NCBI GenBank assembly: GCA_020633725.1
Contig: JACKDC010000004.1
Location: 261,085-325,084 of the forward strand
Direction of reading: 5' to 3'
From: Candidatus Latescibacterota bacterium
Lineage (GTDB): Bacteria > Krumholzibacteriota > Krumholzibacteriia > JACNKJ01
DNA length: 64,000 nucleotides
Made by a program: the position numbers and the translations under genes. This document shows positions 28,358 through 38,637 of this stretch, in pieces. How positions within the stretch are numbered: the first letter of the stretch is position 1; each line of letters begins with the position of its first letter. Below the pieces are notes generated by a model. The model did no database searches. It was not told where the DNA came from and saw nothing but the letters and a program-made list of their open reading frames with translations.

Positions 28358-30241
28358 ATGCTCCGGATCTACACGCGCCTCCTCGGCTACCTGCGCCCCT
28401 ACTGGCGGCGGGTGGTGCTCGCCTTCGGCGCCATCGTCCTCTACGCCGTGCTCAGCGGGGCCTCCCTGACCCTGCTGGTGCCCTTCCTCGACAACCTCTT
28501 CCAGTCCGGCGGCGCGCCGCCGTCCACCGAGCAGATGGAGGCGCAGCCGGGCGGCGGCGACCTGGACGAGGTCCTGGCCGGCCGGCTGCCCTTCCTGGCC
28601 CGCGCCAAGGCCGGGATCGAGCGGAGGGTGGACGCGACCCGCGCCTGGCTGGACCGGGGCGACCCCTTCACGCGGCTGCGGCGGATCGTCGTGCTGATCG
28701 TGCTGGTCTTCCTGGCCAAGAACCTCTTCGGCTACCTCGATCCCTACCTGGTCAACTGGCTCGAGCAGCGCTGTCTCTTCGACCTGCGCCAGGACCTCTG
28801 CCGCGTCCTCCAGCAGCAGCCGCTGGGGTGGATCACCCGCCAGAAGACGGGCGAGCTGATCAGCCGCGTGGTGAACGACGTGAACATGCTCCGCGGCGCC
28901 ATCATCGGCGCCACGGCGACGCTGCTGCGCGAGGGGCTGCTGCTGGTGATCTTCCTGGGCTTCCTGCTGGTGCTCAACTGGCGGCTGGCGCTGGCTGCGC
29001 TGTTGGTGGTGCCGATCAACGCCTGGCTCATGCGCCGCCTGGGGCAGCTGCTGCAGCGCGACAGCACGCGCATCCAGGTGCGCATGGGCGACATGGCCGG
29101 TCACCTGCAGGAGACGCTGAGCGGCGCGCGCGTGGTGAAGGCCTTCGGTCGCGAACAGGACGAGATCGAGCGCTTCCGCCACTACAACTGGGACTACTTC
29201 CGCGGCTTCGTGCGCCTGCGCGGCCTGGGCGCGCTCAACGCCCCGGCCAGCGAGATGCTCTCCACGCTCTCGGTGGTCTTCATCGTCGGCTACGGCGGGC
29301 ACCAGGTGCTGCAGGGGAACATGAGCGCCAGCGCGCTGATCCTCTTCCTGGTGGCGGCCGTGTCGCTGGTGGGGCCCCTGCGCAAGATCTCCGAGTTGAA
29401 TCAGGTGCTCCAGGAGGGCCTGTCCGCCGGCCGGCGCGTCTTCGGTCTGCTCGACGAGGAGGGCGAGGCCGCGCTACTCACGGGCGGGGTCGCGCCGGGG
29501 CCGCTTGCCGAGGCAATCCGCTTCGAGCACGTGGGTTTCGCCTACGAGCCCGGCCGGCCGGTGCTGGCGGACGTCACCCTGGAGATTCCCAAGGGACAGG
29601 TGGTGGCCCTGGTGGGCCCGAGCGGCGGCGGCAAGAGCACCCTGGCGGACCTGCTGGCGCGCTTCCACGAGCCCGGCGAAGGCGCGATCCGCATGGACGG
29701 CCGCGACCTGCGCGAGTTCAGCCTGCGCGACTGGCGCGCGAAGCTGGGGATCGTCACGCAGGACGTGCTGCTCTTCAACGACTCGATCCGCAACAACATC
29801 GCCTACGGCCGACCGGACGCCACCGACGCGCAGGTGGAGGCGGCGGCGCGCGCGGCGCGGGCGCACGGCTTCATCGCGGCCACGGCCCAGGGCTACGACA
29901 CGGTGATCGGCGAACGCGGGCTGCAGCTCTCCGGCGGCGAGCGCCAGCGCCTGGCCATCGCGCGCGCCATCCTGCGCGATCCGGAGATCCTCATCTTCGA
30001 CGAGGCCACCAGCGCCCTGGACACCGAGAGCGAGCGACTCGTCCAGGAGGCCATCGAGCGGCTCATGAGCGGGCGCACCACGCTGGTGATCGCCCACCGG
30101 CTGTCCACGGTGCAGGGCGCGCATCGGATCGTCGCGCTGGCCGAGGGGCGCATCGTCGAGCAGGGCCGGCACGAGGAGCTGCTCGCGGCCGGCGGGCTCT
30201 ACAAGCAGCTCCACGAGCTCCAGTTCGCCGGCGGCGCCTAG
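28358..30241 (+). CDS. ABC exporter, fused permease/ATPase (MsbA-like)
   Basis: 6 TM N-terminal domain; Walker A GPSGGGKST, signature LSGGERQRLAIARA, Walker B ILIFDEATSALD. Confidence 0.9.
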   Translation: MLRIYTRLLGYLRPYWRRVVLAFGAIVLYAVLSGASLTLLVPFLDNLFQSGGAPPSTEQMEAQPGGGDLDEVLAGRLPFLARAKAGIERRVDATRAWLDRGDPFTRLRRIVVLIVLVFLAKNLFGYLDPYLVNWLEQRCLFDLRQDLCRVLQQQPLGWITRQKTGELISRVVNDVNMLRGAIIGATATLLREGLLLVIFLGFLLVLNWRLALAALLVVPINAWLMRRLGQLLQRDSTRIQVRMGDMAGHLQETLSGARVVKAFGREQDEIERFRHYNWDYFRGFVRLRGLGALNAPASEMLSTLSVVFIVGYGGHQVLQGNMSASALILFLVAAVSLVGPLRKISELNQVLQEGLSAGRRVFGLLDEEGEAALLTGGVAPGPLAEAIRFEHVGFAYEPGRPVLADVTLEIPKGQVVALVGPSGGGKSTLADLLARFHEPGEGAIRMDGRDLREFSLRDWRAKLGIVTQDVLLFNDSIRNNIAYGRPDATDAQVEAAARAARAHGFIAATAQGYDTVIGERGLQLSGGERQRLAIARAILRDPEILIFDEATSALDTESERLVQEAIERLMSGRTTLVIAHRLSTVQGAHRIVALAEGRIVEQGRHEELLAAGGLYKQLHELQFAGGA

Positions 30242-30247
30242 CGCGGC

Positions 30248-31798
30248 TCAGGGTTCGATCGTCAGCGTGGTGCTGATGTACACGTAGCCCGGCTCGCCGG
30301 GGCAGGAGTCGATGACGTAGCACTCCAGCGGGAACGTGCCGCTCGCGAAGGGCGTGCCGACGATCCTGCCATCCACGAACTCCATCGCCGGCGCGGCGAA
30401 CTCCAGCAGCGTCCAGGAGCGCTGCCCCTCGCCGCCCGTGACCGGCAGCGTGTAGTCGTAGGGCGCGTCGACGTGGGCCACCGGCAGCGGGGTGTCGGCG
30501 TAGACCAGCGGCGCGCAGCCGCCCCCCGGGTCGGTCACCGTGAGCGTCAGCGTCACGGGGAGCTCCTGATCGCCGTAGGGGCAGAAGTCCCTGACCGTGC
30601 CCGCGATGTCGTACACGCCGGCGAAGACCGGGCGGCCGACCAGATGATTGCCGCCGGAGCTGTCCTGGGTGATTCCCAGCGGCAACTGACCCACCCCGAA
30701 GCTCACGCGATAGGGCGGGGTGCCGCCGCTGATGGGGAAGCTGCCCGCGTAGGGTTCGCCCCGCACGGCCGTGGCGACGTCCAGCGCGCCGGCCTGCAAT
30801 GGCTCGCACTCTCCCGCGGCCGGCAGCACCGTGATCGTGCAGGGCTGATCCAGGACCTGCGCTCCGAGGGGGCAGCCGTCGGTGACGCGCATGACGTAGG
30901 TGTAGACGCCGGCCTGGGTCGGCGTCCCATGGACGACGTTCGAATTCACCTCGCTCTGGGCGAGCCCCGGCGGCAGGTTCTCCGGATCGAGCAACTCGAA
31001 GGTGAAGGGCTCGACGCCCAGCCCGATGAAGAGCGACACGCCGAACGGCTCGCCGACCACGGCGACGTCGGGCACCAGGGGCCGCGTCGTCAGGGGTTCG
31101 CAGAAGTCGGCCGACACCTCGATCGAGATGTCCGCCTCGACGGAGGAGCCCCCGTCGGGGCAGTCGTCCGAGAACCGCAGGCGGAAGTCGTAGACGCCCA
31201 CCGCGGACGGCGTGCCGAGCAGCAGGTCGCCCCCCGCGAGCCCGAGTCCGGGCGGCAGCATGCCGCTCACGACCTCGGCGTCGCGATGGCCGAACCCGCC
31301 TTCGAGCTGGAAGTGCACCCCGACGTAGGCGCCGAGGGTCAGGATGCTCCTGTCCAGGCCGAGGTAGGCGAGCGGGGGGCAGCTGCCGGGATAGATGACC
31401 GTCAGCTTGACGGTGACGTCGTCCGGGCGGGACCCCGCGCAGCTGTCCGTGACCCGCAGCGTGGCCTGGAAGATGCCGTCCTCGAGCGGGCTCCCGCTCA
31501 AGCGCAGCGTGTCCCCTTCCACGGTGACCTGGACACCCTCGGGCAGGGCGCCGGCGGCGACCGCGGCGGAGAAGGGCGGCAGGCCATCTTGGATGTGCCA
31601 CGCCGCGCTCCAGGCGCCCCCCGTGCTGACGATGGCACTGGCCCCAAAGCCGTCGATGTAAACGTCGTCGCAGTCCTCGGTATCGTCGGGAGGCGGCTGG
31701 CTGCCCTCGTCGTTGGCCAGCGGGCAGTTGGACCCGGAAAGGGCGAGGACGAGCAGCAGCAGCAGCGGCAGGGCGGGAAGGCGGCGAAGCCAGGACAT
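30248..31798 (-). CDS. lipoprotein/secreted protein with tandem Ig-like (cadherin-like) domains
   Basis: Signal + Cys (LALSGSNC); repeated GTP..AGVY.F...V.D modules; GGAGG RBS. Confidence 0.6.
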   Translation of the reverse strand: MSWLRRLPALPLLLLLVLALSGSNCPLANDEGSQPPPDDTEDCDDVYIDGFGASAIVSTGGAWSAAWHIQDGLPPFSAAVAAGALPEGVQVTVEGDTLRLSGSPLEDGIFQATLRVTDSCAGSRPDDVTVKLTVIYPGSCPPLAYLGLDRSILTLGAYVGVHFQLEGGFGHRDAEVVSGMLPPGLGLAGGDLLLGTPSAVGVYDFRLRFSDDCPDGGSSVEADISIEVSADFCEPLTTRPLVPDVAVVGEPFGVSLFIGLGVEPFTFELLDPENLPPGLAQSEVNSNVVHGTPTQAGVYTYVMRVTDGCPLGAQVLDQPCTITVLPAAGECEPLQAGALDVATAVRGEPYAGSFPISGGTPPYRVSFGVGQLPLGITQDSSGGNHLVGRPVFAGVYDIAGTVRDFCPYGDQELPVTLTLTVTDPGGGCAPLVYADTPLPVAHVDAPYDYTLPVTGGEGQRSWTLLEFAAPAMEFVDGRIVGTPFASGTFPLECYVIDSCPGEPGYVYISTTLTIEP

Positions 31799-31916
31799 CG
31801 GGATCCTCCGGGGACGGGGCGCCGAGGCGCCGTTACATGGAGCTGGGACGCGCCACGGCCGCGGAGAATCACGACAAAGCGTCGAATCTGTGAAAAACCG
31901 GCAACGCCGCCTCGGC

Positions 31917-31946
31917 TTGACAGGCGGGCGCGGGGAGGCGTATCAG
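31917..31946 (+). promoter_or_regulatory. sigma70-like promoter TTGACA-N18-TATCAG upstream of small CDS 32015
   Basis: Perfect -35 hexamer read from sequence. Confidence 0.35.
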
Positions 31947-32014
31947 GGTGAAAGCCGGATGAAGGCGCCGCCCGGCGCCGGGCGGCCGGCGTGTTGGCGA
32001 GGAGGTGCGACCGC

Positions 32015-32260
32015 ATGCCGAAGGCCAGGCCCTTTCAGCCGTCCGAGGAGGCGGTGCAGTCCCTGATCCGCCGCGCGGACGGGCACCCCCTGGGGCGGGG
32101 CTTCCTGCTCAAGGGCTCACTGGACGCCGTCGCCGCCACCTTCGGGGTTCACGCCTTCGTGGTGGATCGGGCGCGGGAATCGCTGGCCGCCGCCGACGCC
32201 GGCCCGGCGCGCCCCCCGGACGCGACGAAGACCCTCCACGTGCGGCGCAAGGGCGCCTGA
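32015..32260 (+). CDS. small hypothetical protein (81 aa)
   Basis: ATG 32015 with GAGGAGG 9 nt upstream; MPKARPFQPSEEAVQSLIRR...; no family recognised. Confidence 0.35.
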   Translation: MPKARPFQPSEEAVQSLIRRADGHPLGRGFLLKGSLDAVAATFGVHAFVVDRARESLAAADAGPARPPDATKTLHVRRKGA

Positions 32261-32296
32261 CCCCCTACCTGAGCGTCTGGCTGAATGCGACTGCGT

Positions 32297-34588
32297 TCAG
32301 CGCAGCAGGACCAGCTTCACGGCCTCGCTCACGCCGCCGCCCTCGAAGCGCGCGAAGTAGACGCCCGAGGCCAGCGCGGCGCCGTGCTCGTCGCGGCCGT
32401 CCCACTGCACGTTTCGCTCACCGGCCGGCAGGCTCCCCGCGAGGAGCTGGCGCACGCGGCGACCGTTGACGTCGTGGATGGCCAGGCTTCCCGCACCCGC
32501 CGACGGCATGCGCAAGGTCAGCGTGACCGTGGGGTTGAAGGGGTTGGGGTGTGGCGCGAGCAGGTGCCGCGCGGCGAGCACGGGCGTGTCCGGCGCCGCC
32601 GTCAGCCAGCAGGGCAGCGGTCCCAGCCGCATCGATCCGCCGCTGCTCCCCACGGCGATGAGGCAGTTGTCCGCGACGTGGACGAGGTCAAAGTGGCCCC
32701 GCAGCGTGGCGGCGATCCGCGGGTGTAGGGGCAGGCTCAGGTCCAGCAGGTAGAGCAGGTCGGGGTCGTAGCCGCCGCCCACGAGACCGAGCACGCCCCG
32801 GGCGTCGAAGGACTGCATTTCGCCGACCAGCCGGAGGCTGTCGGCTGGGATGGGCGCAGCCGGCTGGGCCAGGTCGACGGCGGCCAGCTCCGTGGCCCCG
32901 TAGGGCCCGCTCCAGTACATGTAGCCCGTACCGCCGAGGAGGCCGAGACCATTGAAGTTGTACTCCGCGTCGGGGTGCTCCCAGACCGCCGGGGCGGGGA
33001 TCGCCTGCGGATCGCTGACGTCGTAGGCGTAGAGCTCGGCGCGGGACATCACGAAGGCCGTGTCGCCGCGCAGGTCGACGTCGTTGCTGAAGTGGTCGAA
33101 GTGCGCGACCAGCGCCGGCTGCGCGGGATCGCTCACGTCGTAGACTTCGAAGCCGCGGGTGCCGGCGGCCAGGTAGGCGTAGCCATCGCGCAGCGCGCAG
33201 GCGAAGACGTGGCCGGAGTAGCCCCAGTCCGCCTGATGGACGATCTCCCAGTTCACCAGGTCGATCAGCGCGAAGCCCTGCCCGGAGCTGAGGGGGTCGA
33301 CGCCCACGCAGGCCAGGGAGCCGTCCACCGCCAGCGCTTCGCTGTAGTCGAGGGGCAGCTCGCGCAGCACGGAGACGGCGGCGGGGTCGCTGATGTCGAG
33401 CTCGACGAATCCGGTCGGGCCCACCGCGTAGTACAGCCCCGGTGTGGCGCCGGCGCAGATCGCGTTGGGCGAGACGGGGGCGGTCCAGGGCAGCGTGGCG
33501 TCCTGGAGATCCCCCAGCTGCAGCACCTGGACCTGAGAGACGGGCCACTCGGTGGGGGGGATGTCCCAGCCATCCGTGCCGCCGAGGACGATGGCGCAGG
33601 AGCCGTCGTCCAGGTTGAGGCAGCGGGGCAGCAGTGCATCGGTGTAGGACAGCGGCAGGTCGACGAGGCGCTGCGGATCTGCGGCGACGCTGACGTCCTC
33701 GACGTAGACGCCCCACTCGTTGCACATCGCCGCCAGATTCCCGTTCAGCTCGAGACTGCGGACGCGGACTCCGTAGCTGCTCAGCGGCACGCCGCCACGG
33801 ACTTCGAGCTGGCCGCCGCCCTGCCAGAGAAAGATCTTGAGGCCGTCGCCCGCCACGTAGACGTACCCGCCCTCCGCCTCCACCTCGGGGTAGCTGTCGC
33901 CCAGCGGCAGCGTGCCGACCAGCACCGGCGCGGACGGATCGGCGAGGTCGAGGATGCGGAGGTTGTCGATCTCGTCGCTCACGAAGGCGTAGCCCCAGGC
34001 CGCCGCCACGTCGAGCGGGGTTGAGGGCAAGGTCGCCGTGCCGAGGAGCTGGGGATCGGTGGGCGTGCTCACGTCGACCACGAGCATGGCGTTTGCGGCG
34101 CAGGTCACGAGGATGCGGTCACCGTCCGCGTCGAGGCAGAGCCGCCGCGCGTCCCCGGGCAGATCGATCCCGCCGGCGAGGAACTGCGGCGCGCCGGGAT
34201 CGCTGAGGTCGAGCACCATCAGCCGCGCCGGCGTGCTGTAGTACTCGCTGCGCAGGACGTAGGCCACGGTGCCGTGCAGGCGAACGTCGCGCGGCATGTG
34301 GACGTCGACGCTGCTCAGAAGGACCGGCGCGTCGGGGTCGGCGAGGGAGAAGACGTCCACGCCGTCCCAGAGCGGTCCGTGGCCGTCGTCCAGGCCGTTC
34401 ACCACCACCGCCAGATCGCCCGCGCGGTCCATGCGGAAGGGGACGCCGGTGCTGAAGATGCGGCCCGCGCCGAGGCGGAGGTGCTCGTCGTAGTCGCCGC
34501 AGTCCTGAGCACGCGCGCCGGCGGCCAGGGTCAGGCAAATCGCCGCCGTCAGGACGGCGCGGTGGACACGGAGCTTCCTTGCGAACAT
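32297..34588 (-). CDS. LVIVD-repeat beta-propeller protein with T9SS-type CTD
   Basis: GGGGAGG RBS; signal peptide; repeated ...YA(Y/F)(L/V)A.G..G(L/F).(I/V).D(V/L)S.P motifs; C-terminus HPNPFNPTVTLTLRMP...SGVYFARF...KLVLLR. Confidence 0.75.
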   Translation of the reverse strand: MFARKLRVHRAVLTAAICLTLAAGARAQDCGDYDEHLRLGAGRIFSTGVPFRMDRAGDLAVVVNGLDDGHGPLWDGVDVFSLADPDAPVLLSSVDVHMPRDVRLHGTVAYVLRSEYYSTPARLMVLDLSDPGAPQFLAGGIDLPGDARRLCLDADGDRILVTCAANAMLVVDVSTPTDPQLLGTATLPSTPLDVAAAWGYAFVSDEIDNLRILDLADPSAPVLVGTLPLGDSYPEVEAEGGYVYVAGDGLKIFLWQGGGQLEVRGGVPLSSYGVRVRSLELNGNLAAMCNEWGVYVEDVSVAADPQRLVDLPLSYTDALLPRCLNLDDGSCAIVLGGTDGWDIPPTEWPVSQVQVLQLGDLQDATLPWTAPVSPNAICAGATPGLYYAVGPTGFVELDISDPAAVSVLRELPLDYSEALAVDGSLACVGVDPLSSGQGFALIDLVNWEIVHQADWGYSGHVFACALRDGYAYLAAGTRGFEVYDVSDPAQPALVAHFDHFSNDVDLRGDTAFVMSRAELYAYDVSDPQAIPAPAVWEHPDAEYNFNGLGLLGGTGYMYWSGPYGATELAAVDLAQPAAPIPADSLRLVGEMQSFDARGVLGLVGGGYDPDLLYLLDLSLPLHPRIAATLRGHFDLVHVADNCLIAVGSSGGSMRLGPLPCWLTAAPDTPVLAARHLLAPHPNPFNPTVTLTLRMPSAGAGSLAIHDVNGRRVRQLLAGSLPAGERNVQWDGRDEHGAALASGVYFARFEGGGVSEAVKLVLLR

Positions 34589-34614
34589 CGCGAGACCTCC
34601 CCGGTGAGCGACGG

Positions 34615-36885
34615 TCAGCGAATCAGCGCGAGCTTGCAGGACGCGTGGAGCGTCCCCGCCTCCAGGCGGGCGAAGTACAGCCCCGAGGCGAGCGGGCGGC
34701 CGCGGTCGTCGGCGCCGTCCCAGTCGAGCTGGTTGAGCCCCGCGGGCAGCATCGCCCGTGTGAGCGTGCGCAGGTGGCGTCCCGTGACGTCATGGATGCT
34801 CACCGTGGCGAAGGCCGCCTCGGGCAGCGCGAAGCTCACGCGCGTCTTGGGGTTGAAGGGGTTGGGATGGGCGACGAGGAGCGGCGCGGCGAGCGGCGTG
34901 TCCTCGACCGCCGTGGGCTGGCACTGCACGGGGCCGACCTCGAGTCCGTCCACGAACGCGCCCCAGAGCCCCACGAAGAGTCGATCGCCCAGCGTGCGCA
35001 GGGAACTGGGGATGTTCAGGCAGTCGAGCTGCCCCACGCGCAGGGGGGCCGCCGGTTCCGTGGCGTCCAGCACCTCCACCTTGTTCATGAAGTAGCGGTT
35101 GTAGCCCGCGTAGACGATGTCGCCGTCCACCGCGAAGCAGCTCGGCGACGCCGGCAGCTCGATGCTGCTGGCCAGGGCCGGGGCGTCGGGATCGGCGAGG
35201 GAGTAGCAGCTCAGGCCGTAGCCGTCCTCGAGCCCGCCGACGTAGAGGTAGTCGCCGACGATCGCGAGCTCGCCGATGCGATCGAAGGGCATCGTGAGGT
35301 CGTCGAGCAGCACAGGCGCATCGGGGTCGCTCACGTCCACGGTCCAGAGGTGGTCGTTGGCGCTCAGGAAGTACTGCTGGATGTAGAGCCGGTCGCCGCG
35401 CTGAACGGCCTGGAAGATGCCCTCGCCGGCGAGGACGCCCCGCTGCACGGGCGCGAGCGGGTCGCTGTAGTCGTAGATCTGCAGCCCCGCGTCGTTGACC
35501 GAGAGGTAGGCCAGGTCGCCGTCCATGACGATGCCCTCGACGTAATCGCCCGGGTCGAAGTCGTGGACCGGCTCGAAGGGATCGAGCCCCACCGTGTAGA
35601 TGCCCACGTCGACGGTGGACGCCAGCAGGAAGCCGTTGCCGGCGGCCAGGGCGATGCCGTTGCCGTAGAGATCGACCAGGCCGGCCTGCGCGGTGGCGCC
35701 CGGTGCGCTCACGTCGAAGCGGACGACGTTGCCGCCGGACTGCGTGAGCAGGTAGAGATAGCCGTCGCTGCCCAGCGCCATCGCGCGCACGTTGCCCGAC
35801 GTCGGCAGGTACTCGCTCGTGGGCACCATGCTGCCGTCCGCGGGATCGAGAGTGAAGAAGGCCGAGTAGTAGCTGTCGAGCTGCGACTCGTGGGACACTC
35901 CCCAGACGAGGCCGTCCCGCAGCGCGACGCTCCGCAGCCCGCGGGTCGTGTTGGTGACGCCGAGCACGACCGGCGCCGCGGGATCGCTCAGGTCGAGGAG
36001 GTAGAGCTGGCCGCCGCCGCTGACGACGCCGCGGTTCCCCTCCACGCTCACGCTGAAGATCGTGTCGACGCCCGCCGGCGCGAAGCTGCCCAGCACCGTC
36101 AGCGCGCCGCCGCCGGCCGGCGCGCAGATCCGCAGGCCCTCGGTGCCGGCCGTGTAGACGAGACCGCCGGCCACGGTGACGTCGAGAATGTCGCCGGGCA
36201 CGGCGGGGTCGAGCAGGTGCACGGGCGCGGCGGGATTGCTCACGTCCACCACCTGCAGCCCCACGAAGGGTCCCGCGGCGAGGTAGGCGTAGTCGCCCAG
36301 GAGAGCGAGGGCGCGAGCGTCGCCGTAGCTGTCCGCGTAGCCGACGAGCGCGGGGGCGAGCGGATCGACGGCGTCGAGGATCTGCAGCCCCGCCTCGGAG
36401 ACGGCCGCGTAGACCAGATCGCCCACCTTCACGAAGTCCCGCGGCACGCCGGGCAGATCGAGCGTGGATAGCGGGACGATGGCGGCGGGGTCCGTCACGT
36501 CCAGCACCACCAGGTCCTGCCCGGTGATGCCCGCCCAGAGGACGTCGCCCAGGGGCAGGAGGCCGTTGACGTGGTCGAGGCCGTAGATGTCGGCGTCCGT
36601 GCCGGCCCAGGCGCCGAGTTCGCCGAGGTGCGCGGGATCGCTGGTGTCCACGACCATGATTCCGGCGCCCCACTCGTAGTAGGTGTTGGCGCGTCTGGCG
36701 ACGTAGGCGCGCCCGGCGACCGGGTCGAAGGCGAAGCCCTCGGACAGCCCGCTCGTGGCCTCCAGGGAGAGCAGGTCCATGTGGCCGTGGTAGTCGGCGC
36801 AGTTCTGGGCCATGGCAGCGCCCGTCCCGAGAGTGATCAGACCGCCCAGTACGAGCGACAGCATCCGCTTGCGAGCAGTAGTCAT
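34615..36885 (-). CDS. LVIVD-repeat beta-propeller protein with T9SS-type CTD (tandem paralog)
   Basis: ATG 36885 with GGGGGG RBS (track start 36903 is TTG); same repeat architecture and CTD HPNPFNPKTRVSFALP...SGLYFARL...KLALIR. Confidence 0.75.
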   Translation of the reverse strand: MTTARKRMLSLVLGGLITLGTGAAMAQNCADYHGHMDLLSLEATSGLSEGFAFDPVAGRAYVARRANTYYEWGAGIMVVDTSDPAHLGELGAWAGTDADIYGLDHVNGLLPLGDVLWAGITGQDLVVLDVTDPAAIVPLSTLDLPGVPRDFVKVGDLVYAAVSEAGLQILDAVDPLAPALVGYADSYGDARALALLGDYAYLAAGPFVGLQVVDVSNPAAPVHLLDPAVPGDILDVTVAGGLVYTAGTEGLRICAPAGGGALTVLGSFAPAGVDTIFSVSVEGNRGVVSGGGQLYLLDLSDPAAPVVLGVTNTTRGLRSVALRDGLVWGVSHESQLDSYYSAFFTLDPADGSMVPTSEYLPTSGNVRAMALGSDGYLYLLTQSGGNVVRFDVSAPGATAQAGLVDLYGNGIALAAGNGFLLASTVDVGIYTVGLDPFEPVHDFDPGDYVEGIVMDGDLAYLSVNDAGLQIYDYSDPLAPVQRGVLAGEGIFQAVQRGDRLYIQQYFLSANDHLWTVDVSDPDAPVLLDDLTMPFDRIGELAIVGDYLYVGGLEDGYGLSCYSLADPDAPALASSIELPASPSCFAVDGDIVYAGYNRYFMNKVEVLDATEPAAPLRVGQLDCLNIPSSLRTLGDRLFVGLWGAFVDGLEVGPVQCQPTAVEDTPLAAPLLVAHPNPFNPKTRVSFALPEAAFATVSIHDVTGRHLRTLTRAMLPAGLNQLDWDGADDRGRPLASGLYFARLEAGTLHASCKLALIR

Positions 36886-36936
36886 GTCATTCCCCCCCTG
36901 CAATGGCTTTCGGTGAGCGACAGCCGAGTCTAGTTA

Positions 36937-36966
36937 ATTATAGGGGAAGGGCGCGGGGCGGGGCAA
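36937..36966 (-). promoter_or_regulatory. sigma70-like promoter TTGCCC-N18-TATAAT for CDS 36885 (minus strand)
   Basis: Reverse complement of gggcaa ... attata read from sequence. Confidence 0.4.
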
Positions 36967-37079
36967 AGAACCCGCGGGGCAGCGGGCCGTGGAGGCGTGA
37001 CAAACGACGGCGGGGGGGCTATCTTGGTCTCGCCCGGACCCCTGCCCACCCGGCCGATTCCATCCAAGGGAGCCCTTCC

Positions 37080-38300
37080 ATGAGCGCGAGCAAGCACCCC
37101 GATCACGAGAGCATGGACACCCGCTGCGTGCACGCCGGCGTGGGCGACAACGAGCACCGGGCGGTGGTGCCGCCCATCTACCAGACCTCCACCTTCAAGT
37201 TCGACAGCGTGGAGCACGGCGCCGGGCTCTTCGCCGGGGGGAACGACCGGGGCGAGGGGTTCATCTACACGCGCCTGGGCAACCCCACGGTGCGGGCGCT
37301 CGAGCAGGCGCTGGCCGAGCTCGAGGGCGGCTTCATGGGCCTGGCCTGCGCCAGCGGCATGGCCGCCATCCACACGACTTTTGCGGCATTTCTCAAGACC
37401 GGCGACCACGTGGTCTGTAGCGAGTCCGTCTACGGCCCGGTGACGAGCCTGCTGAACGGCATGTTCGCCAAGCTGGGCGTCGAGACGACCTTCGTGGACA
37501 GCTCGGACCTCGCCGCGCTGAAGGCGGCGATCCGCAAAGACACAGCCGTGGTTCACATTGAGACGCCGGGCAATCCGACGCTGGCGGTCACCGACCTCGC
37601 CGCCGCGGCGGAGCTGGCCCACGCGGCCGGCGCGCGCCTGACCGTGGACAACACCTTCCTGAGCCCCGTGCTGCAGCGTCCGCTGGAGCTGGGGGCGGAC
37701 GTGGTCGTCCACAGCCTGACGAAGTTCCTCAACGGCCACGCCGACGTGGTGGGCGGCGCGATCATCCCGAGGACCGAGGCCGACTGGAAGCTGCTGCGCC
37801 CGGCGCTGAACCTGGCCGGCGGCACGCTGGCGCCCCACGACGCCTTCCTGGTGCACCGCGGCCTCAAGACCCTCAGCCTGCGCATGGCGCGGCACTGCGA
37901 GACCGCGCAGCGCGTGGCCGAGCGGCTCGAGCAGCACCCGGCGGTGGCCTGGGTGCGCTACCCCGGTCTCGCCAGCGATCCCGGCTACGCCGTGTCCAGG
38001 AAGCAGGCGAGCGGGGGCGGCGGGGTGATCAGCTTCGAGCTCAAGGGCGGCCTCGAGGCCGGCCGCGCGCTCATGGAGGGCGTGACGCTGGCCCAGCTCG
38101 CGGTGAGCCTGGGCGGCGTGGAGACCCTGATCCAGCACCCGGCCAGCATGACCCACGCCAGCATGAAGCCGGAACTGCGGCGGCAGGCGGGCATCACCGA
38201 CGGCCTCGTGCGCCTCAGCGTGGGCATCGAGGACGGCGACGAGATCCTCGCGGACCTGGAGACGGCGCTGGCGGCCCTGCCGGCGACCCAGACGGCCTAG
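37080..38300 (+). CDS. PLP-dependent Cys/Met-metabolism enzyme (methionine gamma-lyase / cystathionine gamma-synthase family)
   Basis: ATG 37080 with AAGGGAG RBS; YTRLGNPT, SLTKFLNGHADVVGG (PLP-Lys region) typical of the family. Confidence 0.8.
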   Translation: MSASKHPDHESMDTRCVHAGVGDNEHRAVVPPIYQTSTFKFDSVEHGAGLFAGGNDRGEGFIYTRLGNPTVRALEQALAELEGGFMGLACASGMAAIHTTFAAFLKTGDHVVCSESVYGPVTSLLNGMFAKLGVETTFVDSSDLAALKAAIRKDTAVVHIETPGNPTLAVTDLAAAAELAHAAGARLTVDNTFLSPVLQRPLELGADVVVHSLTKFLNGHADVVGGAIIPRTEADWKLLRPALNLAGGTLAPHDAFLVHRGLKTLSLRMARHCETAQRVAERLEQHPAVAWVRYPGLASDPGYAVSRKQASGGGGVISFELKGGLEAGRALMEGVTLAQLAVSLGGVETLIQHPASMTHASMKPELRRQAGITDGLVRLSVGIEDGDEILADLETALAALPATQTA

Positions 38301-38339
38301 ACCTTTCGCCCGGGCGCGCCCGGCAGAGTGAGGTGTGCG

Positions 38340-38579
38340 ATGACGGAGGCAACGCTGAACGATCGCGTCGAGGCGGCCCTGGACATCATCCGGCCGGCGC
38401 TGATGATGGACGGCGGCAACGTGGACCTGGTGGACGTGACCGAGGACGGCGTCGTCCTCGTCCGCCTGGTCGGCGCCTGCGACGGCTGCCCGGCCAGCAC
38501 CATGACCCTGCGCGCGGGCATCGAGGCCACGCTCAAGCAGCAGATCCCCGAGGTCACGCGGGTCGAGAGCGTCTACTAG
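38340..38579 (+). CDS. NifU-like Fe-S cluster assembly domain protein (Nfu-type)
   Basis: DGGNVDLVDV...VRLVGACDGCPAS CxxC motif of NifU C-terminal domain. Confidence 0.75.
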   Translation: MTEATLNDRVEAALDIIRPALMMDGGNVDLVDVTEDGVVLVRLVGACDGCPASTMTLRAGIEATLKQQIPEVTRVESVY

Positions 38580-38597
38580 CCCGCCCCCGGGGGCGGG
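38580..38597. repeat. REP-like palindrome (copy 6) immediately after NifU-like stop
   Basis: Exact CCCGCCCCCGGGGGCGGG. Confidence 0.6.
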
Positions 38598-38637
38598 TCG
38601 CATTGCCCGCGGCGATCGCTCCCGCTATGCTTGCGGC

